From: an uncultured Candidatus Saccharibacteria bacterium
GTDB taxonomy: Bacteria > Patescibacteriota > Doudnabacteria > UBA920
Length of the DNA stretch: 64,000 bases
Direction: 5' to 3'
NCBI GenBank assembly: GCA_964505635.1
Contig: CAZDIP010000002.1
Span: 37,736 to 101,735, forward strand
Shown here: positions 46,258 to 55,589 of the stretch, piece after piece
Layout: every line of letters starts with the position of its first letter
Position numbering within the stretch: position 1 is the stretch's first letter
Notes under the pieces: model-generated
Told to the model about the DNA's origin: nothing
The model's input: the letters and a program-made list of their open reading frames with translations, nothing else
Databases searched by the model: none
Made by a program: the position numbers and the translations under genes

Positions 46258-46761
46258 TTATTCTTTATACCTGCCAATACATTCCACTGCCTTAAATCCT
46301 TCACCAATTAAAACTTCAGTGCTAAAACTCTGCTCCCATGTTGACTGTCCAACAGCCCAAATTCCCGGCACCGAAGTTTTCTGTTCAAAATCTACTTTAA
46401 TTTTTCCGTTAGATTTTTTCTGAATCAGTTTGTCAAAATCTAAATCTTCACCGTTAGTCGCGATTAAAATGGTTTTCCCATAATAAAACTTTCCGCTCTT
46501 TGTTTCCGCGCTAAAACTGACAATATTTTTTTCTAAATTAATCACCTCGGCTTTTTCAAACTCCACGAGACGCTGTTTTATTATTTGCTGAAATTGTTCT
46601 GCTAATTTGTGCAGGTCAACAAATCCAAAGGTAGATTTTTGGATCGATGGCGTTTGGGGTAGTTCTTTAGCGATTACTAAAGTATTTAATTTTTTCTGCG
46701 CCGCGGCCACCGCTGCCCCCATCCCCGCTGCTGTGGCGCCGATTATAATTACATCGTACAT
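46258..46761 (-). CDS. Short FAD-binding oxidoreductase-like protein (TrxB-like N- and C-terminal FAD segments without the NADPH domain)
   Basis: 167 aa; YDVIIIGATAAGMGAAV (GxGxxG FAD motif) and C-terminal TSVPGIWAVGQ (compare GIFAAGD) but no second dinucleotide-binding domain or CxxC. Confidence 0.5.
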   Translation of the reverse strand: MYDVIIIGATAAGMGAAVAAAQKKLNTLVIAKELPQTPSIQKSTFGFVDLHKLAEQFQQIIKQRLVEFEKAEVINLEKNIVSFSAETKSGKFYYGKTILIATNGEDLDFDKLIQKKSNGKIKVDFEQKTSVPGIWAVGQSTWEQSFSTEVLIGEGFKAVECIGRYKE

Positions 46762-46870
46762 AAAAAATGGTATTACGAATTAAGTATATAAGACATTAAA
46801 AAATAAAAAAAGCCTCTTGACCAAAAGGTTTTTGAGTCGTATTATACCTCAATCTTAAAAGGAGGCTGAT

Positions 46871-47545
46871 ATGAAAGTCAGCAAGCGGTATTTTTGGCTG
46901 CTGGCGCTTGTGTCAGCAGTCCCCCCCGGCGCCGGCCAGACCCCGGCGCAGCTGGATGTCCGCTTTCGGGACACCCCAAAAGCGGAAAACCAGAAACAAG
47001 AGTTCGTCCGTTTTACCATGCTGCCTGGCGCATGGTTTGTGGATGCAATCCACGTGCGGAACGGAAATGAGTTTTCTGCCCGCTACGCAGCAGGCCCCAG
47101 AGTTGTGAAAACTACAACCTGGGATTTATACCTGGCAGGCAGCGTTTCGCCGGGCGCCAACAAGTCTTTATTTCTCGGGCAAGGCCTACAGGCCTACTGG
47201 GTAAAAAAATCCGGCCGGTTGCCAGTCATGAAGCTGGCAGCCCCGGTTCTGGAATTCTACCAGGACAGGGGCAAAAACCAGCAGGCAAAACTTGGTCTAA
47301 AAGAAAACGAACAGCTGTTCGTTTTTATAACACCAAGGTTTGCCGTCAGCCAGGAGACGTTCATTAACAAGCCCTTTGGGGCTAAAGTGAACGGCTACTA
47401 CGCCCTGGCGGCTAATGCCTGGCCTGACAACAAGTTAATGCTGGAAGCAGGTGCTTTTCGTTCGCTGAAAGGCGAATGGATGCTGCGCGTGCGTCTGGTG
47501 TTCAACTTTTCCCTCGGCCGCAACGCGGCCTCGCTGACCAACTAA
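46871..47545 (+). CDS. Secreted hypothetical protein, GC-rich (about 55%), possibly β-rich
   Basis: 224 aa; signal peptide MKVSKRYFWLLALVSAVPPGAG; AGGAGG-like GGAGG 8 nt upstream; alternating hydrophobic pattern toward the C-terminus. Confidence 0.45.
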   Translation: MKVSKRYFWLLALVSAVPPGAGQTPAQLDVRFRDTPKAENQKQEFVRFTMLPGAWFVDAIHVRNGNEFSARYAAGPRVVKTTTWDLYLAGSVSPGANKSLFLGQGLQAYWVKKSGRLPVMKLAAPVLEFYQDRGKNQQAKLGLKENEQLFVFITPRFAVSQETFINKPFGAKVNGYYALAANAWPDNKLMLEAGAFRSLKGEWMLRVRLVFNFSLGRNAASLTN

Positions 47546-47594
47546 AAACCGCTCTCCGCGAAAAGCTGAGGACGGTTTTTGATTTTAAACAAAA

Positions 47595-48818
47595 CTATTT
47601 CATTTTTTTTATAATCCTCTCTGCTGCCAATATGTAAGCCGCGTTTCTAAAAGTAGTGTTGTATTTTTCCTTTTTACCCAACACATCCGCGAAGGCTTGT
47701 TTAATTTGTTTTTCCAGTTTTTCCAAAACTTCTTTTTTCCCCCATTTCTCGTTATTCATATTTTGATACCATTCGTAATAAGAAACGCATACGCCGCCGC
47801 TGTTCGCCAAAATATCCGGAACAACTGTTGTGTTATTTTTTACAAAAATTTCATCTGCCTCAGGCGTGGTTGGACCGTTGGCCATTTCTAAAATCAGTCT
47901 AGCTCTAATATTTTCCGCATTCTTTTCAGTTAATACACTTTCCAAAGCCGCCGGAACCAATATATCCACCGGCAATTCAAGCAAAGATTCATTGCTAACA
48001 TCTTTGCTGCCCAAAAAACCTTTTAAAACACCGGTTGCTTTTTTATGCGCCAAAACTTTTTCAACGTCCAGGCCGCTTTCGTCATATATGCCGCCTTTAG
48101 AGTCGGACAAAGCCGCAATCTTATAGCCTTTTTCAGCAGCCATTTTTGCAAAAAAAGTCGCGACATTGCCAAACCCTTGTATTGCGATACTGCTGCCTGG
48201 TTTAATATCCAGCCTATTAGCCACTTCTTCTAAAACATAAAACCCGCCAAATCCCGTGGCCTCTTCCCTGCCCTCACTGCCGCCTTTATCCACCGGCTTG
48301 CCGGTAAAGACAGCTTCTGACTTTTCATTGCCAGTAATGTTTTTATATTCATCTACCATCCAGTTCATAATTTGACCGTTGGTATTAACATCCGGCGCCG
48401 GCACATCAAAATTAGGCCCTAAAACCGGGTACATTTTTTTTACCCAGCCGCGGGAAAGCTTTTCCAATTCGGCTTCAGACAGTTGTTTAGGATCAACAAT
48501 AATTCCGCCTTTGCCTCCGCCAAAAGGAACATTCACCACCGCGTTTTTAAACGACATCCAAAAGCTTAAAGCGCGCACTTCGTCTAAGCTGACGTCATGG
48601 TGATAGCGTATGCCGCCTTTGTAAGGCCCGCGGGCATTACTGTGCTGGCTGCGGAAGCCGATAAAAACTTTTTGTTCTCCATTGTCCATAACAACCGGAA
48701 TACTAACTTCTATGTATCTATCCGGCTGCATTAGCTGTTGGATTTTTTTCACATCAAGCTCCGCAATTTTTGCCGCAGTTTGTAATTGTCGCTGGGCGTT
48801 TTTAAAAGGATTATTCAT
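47595..48818 (-). CDS. gdhA: NAD(P)-dependent glutamate dehydrogenase
   Basis: 407 aa; Glu/Leu/Phe/Val dehydrogenase signatures KGGIRYHHDVSLDEVRALSFWMSFKNAVVNVPFGGGKGG and Rossmann GFGNVATFFA. Confidence 0.88.
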   Translation of the reverse strand: MNNPFKNAQRQLQTAAKIAELDVKKIQQLMQPDRYIEVSIPVVMDNGEQKVFIGFRSQHSNARGPYKGGIRYHHDVSLDEVRALSFWMSFKNAVVNVPFGGGKGGIIVDPKQLSEAELEKLSRGWVKKMYPVLGPNFDVPAPDVNTNGQIMNWMVDEYKNITGNEKSEAVFTGKPVDKGGSEGREEATGFGGFYVLEEVANRLDIKPGSSIAIQGFGNVATFFAKMAAEKGYKIAALSDSKGGIYDESGLDVEKVLAHKKATGVLKGFLGSKDVSNESLLELPVDILVPAALESVLTEKNAENIRARLILEMANGPTTPEADEIFVKNNTTVVPDILANSGGVCVSYYEWYQNMNNEKWGKKEVLEKLEKQIKQAFADVLGKKEKYNTTFRNAAYILAAERIIKKMK

Positions 48819-48830
48819 GCTAAAGATAGT

Positions 48831-49769
48831 TTATTTTTCCTGGTTAACCTTATTTTCCCGGGTGCTTAAAACCGACAGGCTGGTAACCGAAGCAAGCAGC
48901 AACAACGCGCCAAAAATTTGCCATGCGGTCAAGGTAATCCCTAAAAATTTCCAGTTAATCAAAGTCAAAGCCAGCGGATAGCCTAACTCCATTAAAGTGG
49001 CTATAGAAGCCTTAGTCTGCCTTAGCCCATAATAATAAATCAACAGGGCAAAAAATCCGGTCATTAAGGCAATAATTAAAGTGTTTTGCCAATAAAAAGG
49101 CGTCATTGCAAAAAACTGCATTTTTTCATAAAGCAGGACGTAAAAAAACAAAAACACCAAACCAAAAACAAAGCGCATGCCGGTCACAAATTTAAAATCC
49201 AAGTCAGAAAGCAAAGCGCGGCCGACCACCGTACCCCCGGCCCACAGCAAAGCAGCCAAAATAGCCAGTAAAGGACCCAGTAAGCTTATATTGGTGGCTG
49301 AAGCGAAAAGCGCGGAAGGCACGGTAATACCAAAAGACACCAAATAAGCACCGAAAAGCGCCGCGATGGCAAGTAACCAAAACTTTGCATAAATTTTTTC
49401 TTTTAAAAAAAACGCGGCTAAAAAAATCGCAAAAAGCGGCTGAAACTTTTGAAGTAGCGCGGCAACGGTAAAATTGTAATTCATTACCGTAGCGCCCTTA
49501 ACAAACAAAATTGCGGCTAAAGCAGAGGCAAACGCGCCGACGTAAATTAAGCCCAGCCATTTCTGTAAACTTAATTTTTTAAAATCCGCCCGCGCTTTTA
49601 TAAGCCCGGGCAAAGCCGCCAGGCTGTTTAACAAATGTTCCAAAAACGCAATAAAGCCCGTGCCTAAACCGGCTATTAGCAGAGGTTTTCTAAAAGGCGC
49701 GTCTGCCGCCCAAAGCAGAGAAGCTAAAAAAATTACCAAAGATCCAAATTTTTTTTTCATATTACTCAA
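48831..49769 (-). CDS. DMT-superfamily (EamA-like) transporter
   Basis: 312 aa, about 10 transmembrane helices, duplicated EamA-type halves. Confidence 0.75.
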   Translation of the reverse strand: MSNMKKKFGSLVIFLASLLWAADAPFRKPLLIAGLGTGFIAFLEHLLNSLAALPGLIKARADFKKLSLQKWLGLIYVGAFASALAAILFVKGATVMNYNFTVAALLQKFQPLFAIFLAAFFLKEKIYAKFWLLAIAALFGAYLVSFGITVPSALFASATNISLLGPLLAILAALLWAGGTVVGRALLSDLDFKFVTGMRFVFGLVFLFFYVLLYEKMQFFAMTPFYWQNTLIIALMTGFFALLIYYYGLRQTKASIATLMELGYPLALTLINWKFLGITLTAWQIFGALLLLASVTSLSVLSTRENKVNQEK

Positions 49770-49980
49770 GCTCAGAAATTAAGTCTTCAGTTCTTTGCAT
49801 GGCTGTCCTTAAATGTTTGCGCATATCTGCCCGCTGGTAACTTTCCTCTTCTTCGTTGTCCGGGTAGCGCCCATAATTATATTCAATAATATCTCTGGTT
49901 ATGCCGTCCCGAAGGCGCTGGACGTCCCTTATTAAGTTGTCTAGCTGCGTTTTTGCAGCCTGTTGGTCAAAATTGGGCAT
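49762..49980 (-). CDS. Hypothetical small acidic protein
   Basis: 72-aa ORF overlapping neighbours by 8-14 nt (operon-like); no motif. Confidence 0.3.
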   Translation of the reverse strand: MPNFDQQAAKTQLDNLIRDVQRLRDGITRDIIEYNYGRYPDNEEEESYQRADMRKHLRTAMQRTEDLISELE

Positions 49981-50368
49981 TTTTTACCTTTTTAATGTCT
50001 AAGTTAATTTGTTTTTTTAATAATGCCTCGCTTTTATATTTTTTAAACGGCCTTAGGTAAGTAATTAAGTACGTAATTAAATACTTGCCATACAAATTAC
50101 CCCTAAATCCAAGCAAGTGCGCTTCTATTTTGGGCAAGCCGGTTTTGTCTATTGGCCCTATTACAATTGCCGCTTTATATTTTTTTGGGGGTTGGGTCTT
50201 GGATTTTGGATATTGTTTCGGATTTATAAATACATTACCCGCCCAAATACCCATTTTTGGTTTTTTCCTGAGCCTGGTCCAATGCCGCCTATCCAAATTA
50301 GCCGTAGGAAAACCCAAAATCCTGCCCAAGCCCTGACCTTTAATAACCGTGCCGCTGATTTTTTTCAT
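49967..50368 (-). CDS. Riboflavin kinase (monofunctional RibF C-domain-like)
   Basis: 133 aa; GTVIKGQGLGRILGFPTANL matches the flavokinase GxGxGxxxGFPTAN motif; internal YLITYLITYL from a short DNA duplication. Confidence 0.7.
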   Translation of the reverse strand: MKKISGTVIKGQGLGRILGFPTANLDRRHWTRLRKKPKMGIWAGNVFINPKQYPKSKTQPPKKYKAAIVIGPIDKTGLPKIEAHLLGFRGNLYGKYLITYLITYLRPFKKYKSEALLKKQINLDIKKVKNAQF

Positions 50369-50369
50369 A

Positions 50370-50783
50370 TTAACGCTTTACGATCCTGTATGGCAAACCA
50401 AAAAAATCTTTGCCTAAAAACGATTCAATATCTTTCCGTGCTTTGTTGCTGAAATACTCCACCACCACCTCAGCCTTGTTGGTGTATTTTGCGTCTGTCC
50501 AGCCCGGGCAAATGACTTTTTCTAAATTTACAGAAAAACCGCCCAAACCCTCTATTTTTTCAGTTGCGCCTTTATGTTCAAAAAAAATTTTTTCTGCCTG
50601 CACATAAAAAGGCAGGTCGTAGCAGGACAAAAAATGTTCCCGGCTGCCAAAGAACGCGCTGGCATACCAAATTTTAAAAGCCCTTTGGCCAGCCAAAGTG
50701 TATCCGGCAAAAAAAGCCAGCCCGGCAACCATAACGGCGGCAATTACCTTTAATATTCGTAGCCAGGAAAATCCGTTATTCAT
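50370..50783 (-). CDS. Membrane-anchored hypothetical protein
   Basis: 137 aa with N-terminal transmembrane helix; start overlaps the trxB stop. Confidence 0.4.
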   Translation of the reverse strand: MNNGFSWLRILKVIAAVMVAGLAFFAGYTLAGQRAFKIWYASAFFGSREHFLSCYDLPFYVQAEKIFFEHKGATEKIEGLGGFSVNLEKVICPGWTDAKYTNKAEVVVEYFSNKARKDIESFLGKDFFGLPYRIVKR

Positions 50784-51720
50784 GCTCGGTCAAATATTTT
50801 TCCACATCAAGCGCAGCCATGCAGCCCATGCCGGCCGCGGTAATAGCCTGCCTATAGCGCGGGTCATTAACATCGCCTGCAACAAACACCCCTTCAATGT
50901 TCGTCTGAGTATTATTTTTTACTTTAATGTAACCTTTCTGATCCAATTCAATACCCGCTTCCCTAAAAATTTTTGTATTGGGAGTGTGCCCAATGGCCAC
51001 AAAAAACCCGCCAGCCGAAATTACTTCTTCCTGACCCGACTGGTTATGTTTGATTTTGACGCCTTCTACTTTTGTTTCACCCACGATTTCCGCAATTGTC
51101 GCGTCGGTCACAAACTTGATTTTTGGATTTTCCTGAGCTCTTTTAAGCATGATTTTAGAAGCTTTGAATTCATTGCGCCTATGAACGATAGTTACTTTGC
51201 TTGCGAATTTAGTCAAAAAATTCGCCTCCTCCATGGCGCTATCCCCGCCGCCGGCCACCACAATTTCCTGGTTTTTAAAGAAAAAACCATCACAGGTTGC
51301 GCAGGCGGAAACCCCCTTGCCCCGAAGTCTTTGTTCGCTCTCCAAATTCAGCCAATTGGCTGTCGCTCCGGTTGCAATAATAACGGTCTTGGCTAAATAT
51401 TCCTTTTTAGCGGTCTTTATTCTAAACGGCTTTTGGGAAAAATCCACTGCTGTTGAATTTTCTAAAACCACTTCGGTTCCAAAACGTTCTACCTGCTTTT
51501 GCATGTTGTCCATTAACTCGGGCCCCATTATACCGTGAGGAAAACCGGGAAAATTTTCCACTTCAGTGGTTTGCATCAGCTGGCCACCCGGCTCAAGACC
51601 GGCAATAAGCAAGGGTTTTAATTCCGCCCGGGACGCATATAAAGCCGCGGTTAACCCGGCCGGTCCGCTGCCAATAATAACAAGATTATAAATATTTTTT
51701 TCCATTTCCATAGTATTCAA
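50776..51720 (-). CDS. trxB: Thioredoxin-disulfide reductase
   Basis: 314 aa; NLVIIGSGPAG (FAD), CATCDG redox-active disulfide, VVAGGGDSAMEEA (NADPH), GVFVAGDV. Confidence 0.93.
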   Translation of the reverse strand: MNTMEMEKNIYNLVIIGSGPAGLTAALYASRAELKPLLIAGLEPGGQLMQTTEVENFPGFPHGIMGPELMDNMQKQVERFGTEVVLENSTAVDFSQKPFRIKTAKKEYLAKTVIIATGATANWLNLESEQRLRGKGVSACATCDGFFFKNQEIVVAGGGDSAMEEANFLTKFASKVTIVHRRNEFKASKIMLKRAQENPKIKFVTDATIAEIVGETKVEGVKIKHNQSGQEEVISAGGFFVAIGHTPNTKIFREAGIELDQKGYIKVKNNTQTNIEGVFVAGDVNDPRYRQAITAAGMGCMAALDVEKYLTEHE

Positions 51721-51762
51721 AAATTAAAAACCATATTAACTATTCTACTTTATAAGCCCTAT

Positions 51763-51791
51763 CTTGACAAATTTGCCAAAAAAACCTATAC
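51763..51791 (+). promoter_or_regulatory. Sigma-70-like promoter TTGACA-17nt-TATACT for the small GC-rich membrane protein gene
   Basis: -35 at 51763-51768, -10 at 51786-51791; followed by AAGGAGGGGG Shine-Dalgarno at about 51842-51851. Confidence 0.5.
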
Positions 51792-51863
51792 TGGGCGGTC
51801 CTCCCGCAGCTTTATTGCCTCGGTTTGAGGAAAGCATTAAAAAGGAGGGGGAAAGGAACCTTA

Positions 51864-52132
51864 TGGGTATTCCTTTGTTCCTGATGCTAGGGGTTGCGGC
51901 CGTAGCGCTGGCAAGCGCGCAAAAGAGCACCAACCGGCTAAGAAGTAAGCTGGTAAAAAAAGCTCCGGCCAAACGCCTGCATCTGACCCTGACCGCTCTT
52001 ATTTTAACCGCGCAAGTTTCCGAACTGGTTAAAATGATTGAGCACCTGTCAGTGGTCACCGTGGTTTCAGCGCTGTTTGTGTTAGCCTTAGCGCTGGCAA
52101 CCACGTCGGGAACAGAGGGAGAACTGCATTGA
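51864..52132 (+). CDS. Small two-transmembrane-helix membrane protein, GC-rich (about 55%)
   Basis: 89 aa from ATG 51864 (MGIPLFLMLGVAAVALASA...), 7 nt after a strong Shine-Dalgarno; preferred over the antisense ORF 51745-52104 because of promoter and Shine-Dalgarno. Confidence 0.45.
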
Positions 52133-52198
52133 CCCTTTTGGTTCCCAAAAGTTTAAGCGCCCGCAAAGTTTTTCAACTTTACGGGCTCTTTTCAAACT

Positions 52199-53272
52199 TT
52201 ACTCATACTTAGTCAAGATAACCGGAACGCTTAACTCCTGGTTGTCCCTAAAAATCGTCAAAAACACCTGATCCCCCGGTCGATATCTGGTAATAACTGA
52301 GTCAAATTCATTTTTTTCAGTTAATTTTTCTAAGTTTACTTTCAAAACAATATCACCGGCGAGTAATCCGGCAGACTGTGCGGGCGAACCCTTAACCACA
52401 AAAGTTACCAACGCCCCATAATTTACTTTAAGTTGCCTGACAGCCTGCACCGCTTTATTTATAGTCAAAAAACCCAACCCCACATACGGCCTGCTTAAGA
52501 CTCCTCCAATTTTAAGTTCCGCGACTGACTGCTTGATTGTATTAACCGGCACGGCAAACCCTACCCCCCGCGCCCCGGTATCTATTAAAGTGTTCATGCC
52601 AACCACTTCCCCCGCCATATTGATAAGCGGGCCGCCGCTATTGCCCGGGTTAATAGCCGCATCAGTTTGAACTAAATTTTGCAAGCGGGGCTGCGGATTG
52701 TCTTCGTCCCCCAAGCCGACCGCGCGAGAGAGACCCGAAACCACGCCTTTAGTAACCGTATTTTGGTATATACCCAAAGAATTTCCTATGGCAAAAACCG
52801 TTTGTCCGGTTTCCAACTGGCTGCTGTCGCCAAGTTTAACAACCGGCAAATTTCTAGCTTCAATTTTAAGCAAAGCCACGTCGTTTAATTTATCCTGCCC
52901 AACCACTTTTGCTTCGTACTGGCTGCCGTCTAAAAGCTCTACATAAAATTTAATATTCGGATCTTCCAAAACATGGCTGTTGGTCACAATTAAACCGTCA
53001 GCTTCCAAAATAAACCCCGTCCCATTCACGGTATTTAAACCCGTGGCAGAAGTGGTTAAAGACTTTACCACCCGGCTGCCCGAAATACTAACCACGCTAG
53101 GCTTAACGTTACGCACAGCTAAAATACCCTGTTGCTCGTCAGTTAAAGCCTTGTTGCTTATTGGTTTAATTGGATTTAACTTAACATTCTGCCCGACAAC
53201 CTGAAAAGAAAAAGTCATGGCAATACCAATAAATACCAGGGCTAAACTTTTTAAAATTTTGAGTCTACGCAT
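52199..53272 (-). CDS. htrA: HtrA/DegP-family periplasmic serine protease with PDZ domain
   Basis: 357 aa; signal/anchor; trypsin-like TNSHV, D, GNSGGPLIN catalytic triad context; C-terminal PDZ. Confidence 0.9.
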   Translation of the reverse strand: MRRLKILKSLALVFIGIAMTFSFQVVGQNVKLNPIKPISNKALTDEQQGILAVRNVKPSVVSISGSRVVKSLTTSATGLNTVNGTGFILEADGLIVTNSHVLEDPNIKFYVELLDGSQYEAKVVGQDKLNDVALLKIEARNLPVVKLGDSSQLETGQTVFAIGNSLGIYQNTVTKGVVSGLSRAVGLGDEDNPQPRLQNLVQTDAAINPGNSGGPLINMAGEVVGMNTLIDTGARGVGFAVPVNTIKQSVAELKIGGVLSRPYVGLGFLTINKAVQAVRQLKVNYGALVTFVVKGSPAQSAGLLAGDIVLKVNLEKLTEKNEFDSVITRYRPGDQVFLTIFRDNQELSVPVILTKYE

Positions 53273-53312
53273 AAATATAAATTAATATTTTACTATTATT
53301 GTAATATATACT

Positions 53313-54107
53313 CTACTGAATGTTGCTGTCTTTCAGTTCCGTTAAAACCTGGCTGGTGGCCAAAAGCCAGTTTTGATTACAAGGCTGGACATAAACCCCG
53401 CACATTTCCTTAAGCGTCCAGTCCTTATATCTCCGTTCTAAAAGCTTATTAAAATCAACGATCCACTCGTCATAGCTAGGATATTTCCGCCATAATTTAT
53501 GCCCTGGCTCCACGCCAATATTACTGCAATTATTATCCACGCAATTTTTACCCCAACTGCTTTCCGCGAAGGCTATGGCTAAAATAATCCGCCAATGGCT
53601 TTGTCGGGCAATGGTTAAAGCCGAGCCTGACCACGGCGATTTTTTTTCCTGTAAATAATTTTTAATTTTTTCAGCGCGGCTTTGAAAAAGAGCTTCGGTC
53701 ATTTCAGCCCGCTTTTTCTCAAACAACGCCTCCAGACTTTCAAGCGGCATGGAAAAAAGGTCGTCTTCAGTTTGTTTTAAAATTAAATGCCCGAGCCCAT
53801 AAGCCTCAACTACTTTTAAAGGCTGGCTTTGCTCCTGCAATTTTTCCGTAATTTTCTGTTCCTGAATCTCTGCCTGGGTTTTCGGCGTGTTAAGCACCAA
53901 CCAGGCGCCCGCAAAAAAACTAGCCAACATAATTAAAACCGCGGCAATCACCGTCAACTGGCGCCTAAAATCAAGGCTGGCAATTTTTTTTCTTTTGGGT
54001 AAAACCAAGTAAGAATGCACAACCGGGCCATAGAAAAGCTTTTTTTGGAACTTTAAAACGGCTGGCGCATGTTTTTTCCCTTGTTTTGTATTTAAAATAC
54101 TATCCAT
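53313..54107 (-). CDS. Membrane-anchored peptidoglycan hydrolase-like protein (GH73 glucosaminidase-like C-domain)
   Basis: 264 aa; transmembrane anchor; C-terminal ILAIAFAESSWGKN resembles the GH73 catalytic motif A(L/I)xESxWG. Confidence 0.55.
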   Translation of the reverse strand: MDSILNTKQGKKHAPAVLKFQKKLFYGPVVHSYLVLPKRKKIASLDFRRQLTVIAAVLIMLASFFAGAWLVLNTPKTQAEIQEQKITEKLQEQSQPLKVVEAYGLGHLILKQTEDDLFSMPLESLEALFEKKRAEMTEALFQSRAEKIKNYLQEKKSPWSGSALTIARQSHWRIILAIAFAESSWGKNCVDNNCSNIGVEPGHKLWRKYPSYDEWIVDFNKLLERRYKDWTLKEMCGVYVQPCNQNWLLATSQVLTELKDSNIQ

Positions 54108-54205
54108 AAACCTATTTTAGCAAAAAAGCCCGGTAGTCAAAAGCCTCCAAACCAATTAAAATATAATTGAAATAAACTGAAAGGATTTTTGTATATATTT
54201 TAGTT

Positions 54206-54766
54206 ATGACCGAACTTACGGACGAAGAAATCGCCAAACAGGTTCAAAACGGCAACGCTCAGGCGTTTGGGCTTTTAGTGGAACGGTATGAGGAAAAATT
54301 AAAAAGATACGCGAGAAGATTCCTGTTGTTTGATGACGCCGGGGACGTTTTGCAGGAAATTTTTTTAAAGGCCTACGCTAATTTAAAAGGATTTGACCCC
54401 AGCCGAAATTTTTCACCCTGGATTTATAGAATTGCCCACAACGAATTTATAAATTTTATAAAAAAGCGGGGAAAAGAACCGGTCCCCTTTTTTGACCCGG
54501 ATACCATATTTCCGCACCCTGTAGCCAAGGACAACCCTGTCCGGGAACTGCAAAACTCCGAAGCCAAGGTTATGATGGAAAAAGCGCTGTCAGAATTAAA
54601 CCCGAAATACCGCGAACCTCTTATTTTATACTTTTTTGAGGATATGCCTTACGAGAAAATTTCTGAGATTTTACAAATCCCAATTTCTACGGTGGGTGTA
54701 AGACTAAACCGCGGCAAACTCGCATTAAAAAATATTTACTACAAAATGTATGGAACCAACCAATAA
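54206..54766 (+). CDS. ECF-type RNA polymerase sigma factor (sigma-70 regions 2 and 4)
   Basis: 186 aa; region 2 DVLQEIFLKAYANLKGFDPSRNFSPWIYRIAHNEFINF; region 4 helix-turn-helix YEKISEILQIPISTVGVRLNRGK. Confidence 0.85.
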   Translation: MTELTDEEIAKQVQNGNAQAFGLLVERYEEKLKRYARRFLLFDDAGDVLQEIFLKAYANLKGFDPSRNFSPWIYRIAHNEFINFIKKRGKEPVPFFDPDTIFPHPVAKDNPVRELQNSEAKVMMEKALSELNPKYREPLILYFFEDMPYEKISEILQIPISTVGVRLNRGKLALKNIYYKMYGTNQ

Positions 54767-55478
54767 AAGCCTAAAAGACCAGGTGTTAACGGCCATTGAA
54801 ACCGGCCAAGTAAAAATGAAGCCTAAAAGCTATTTTGTGCTAAAAGGCTTGTTAATGGCTATAGGCACGGCCATTGTCTTTTTGGCGCTACTTTATTCTT
54901 TAAGTTTGGTAATTTTTATACTTAAACAAACCGGGGCAGGCTATGCTCCGGGCTTTGGAGCTCCTGGGTTTAAGCAACTTTTTTTCTCCTTACCCTGGTT
55001 GTTAATCCTGCTGTCTTTTGGCTTTATTGTTATTTTGGAAATTTTTGTAAATAGATATGAATTTACTCATAAAAAACCGCTTATTTATACCGCGACCGTG
55101 GTAATTATTTTTGTAATTTTAGGAAGTTATGCGGCACATTCAATGGCTTTGCATTCTATGTTAATGGAAAAAGCCTATAAAAACCAGGTACCCTTTGCCG
55201 GCGCTTTTTACAAAAACTGCTGCCAAAAACCGCATGGCCCGGCCTTTGTCGGACAAATTGTTGAATTTACCGAGTACGGCTATCTAACTCAAGATACGCG
55301 AGGCGACTTAATTAAAGTTTCAGTCACGCCAAAAACTATTTTTCCCTTTGGCAAAGATTTGATGCTCAATGACATAATAGTTGTTTTAGGCGAGCCTCAA
55401 GAAAACTTTATACAGGCTTTGGGAATTAAAGAATTACCGGCATTGCCCCGCGGGAAAATTTTAAGAAAAACGAGATGA
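54750..55478 (+). CDS. Putative membrane anti-sigma factor (hypothetical polytopic membrane protein overlapping the sigma-factor stop)
   Basis: 242 aa; four transmembrane helices; 17-nt overlap with the upstream ECF sigma gene. Confidence 0.4.
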   Translation: MEPTNKSLKDQVLTAIETGQVKMKPKSYFVLKGLLMAIGTAIVFLALLYSLSLVIFILKQTGAGYAPGFGAPGFKQLFFSLPWLLILLSFGFIVILEIFVNRYEFTHKKPLIYTATVVIIFVILGSYAAHSMALHSMLMEKAYKNQVPFAGAFYKNCCQKPHGPAFVGQIVEFTEYGYLTQDTRGDLIKVSVTPKTIFPFGKDLMLNDIIVVLGEPQENFIQALGIKELPALPRGKILRKTR

Positions 55479-55589
55479 AATATTTTTCCGCCTGGCCGGT
55501 AGTAACAATCAGCAAGCCCTAAGGCGACGGCTTTGGGGCCAAAGGTCGCAAATTCAGTCGACTGCCAATAAACATTAACTTAATAAAAT

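Noticed and set aside
51745-52104. Minus-strand 119-aa ORF overlapping the small GC-rich gene
   Set aside because: The plus-strand reading has a consensus promoter, a strong Shine-Dalgarno and a two-transmembrane-helix product; the minus ORF has none of these and is Arg/Ser/Thr-rich.
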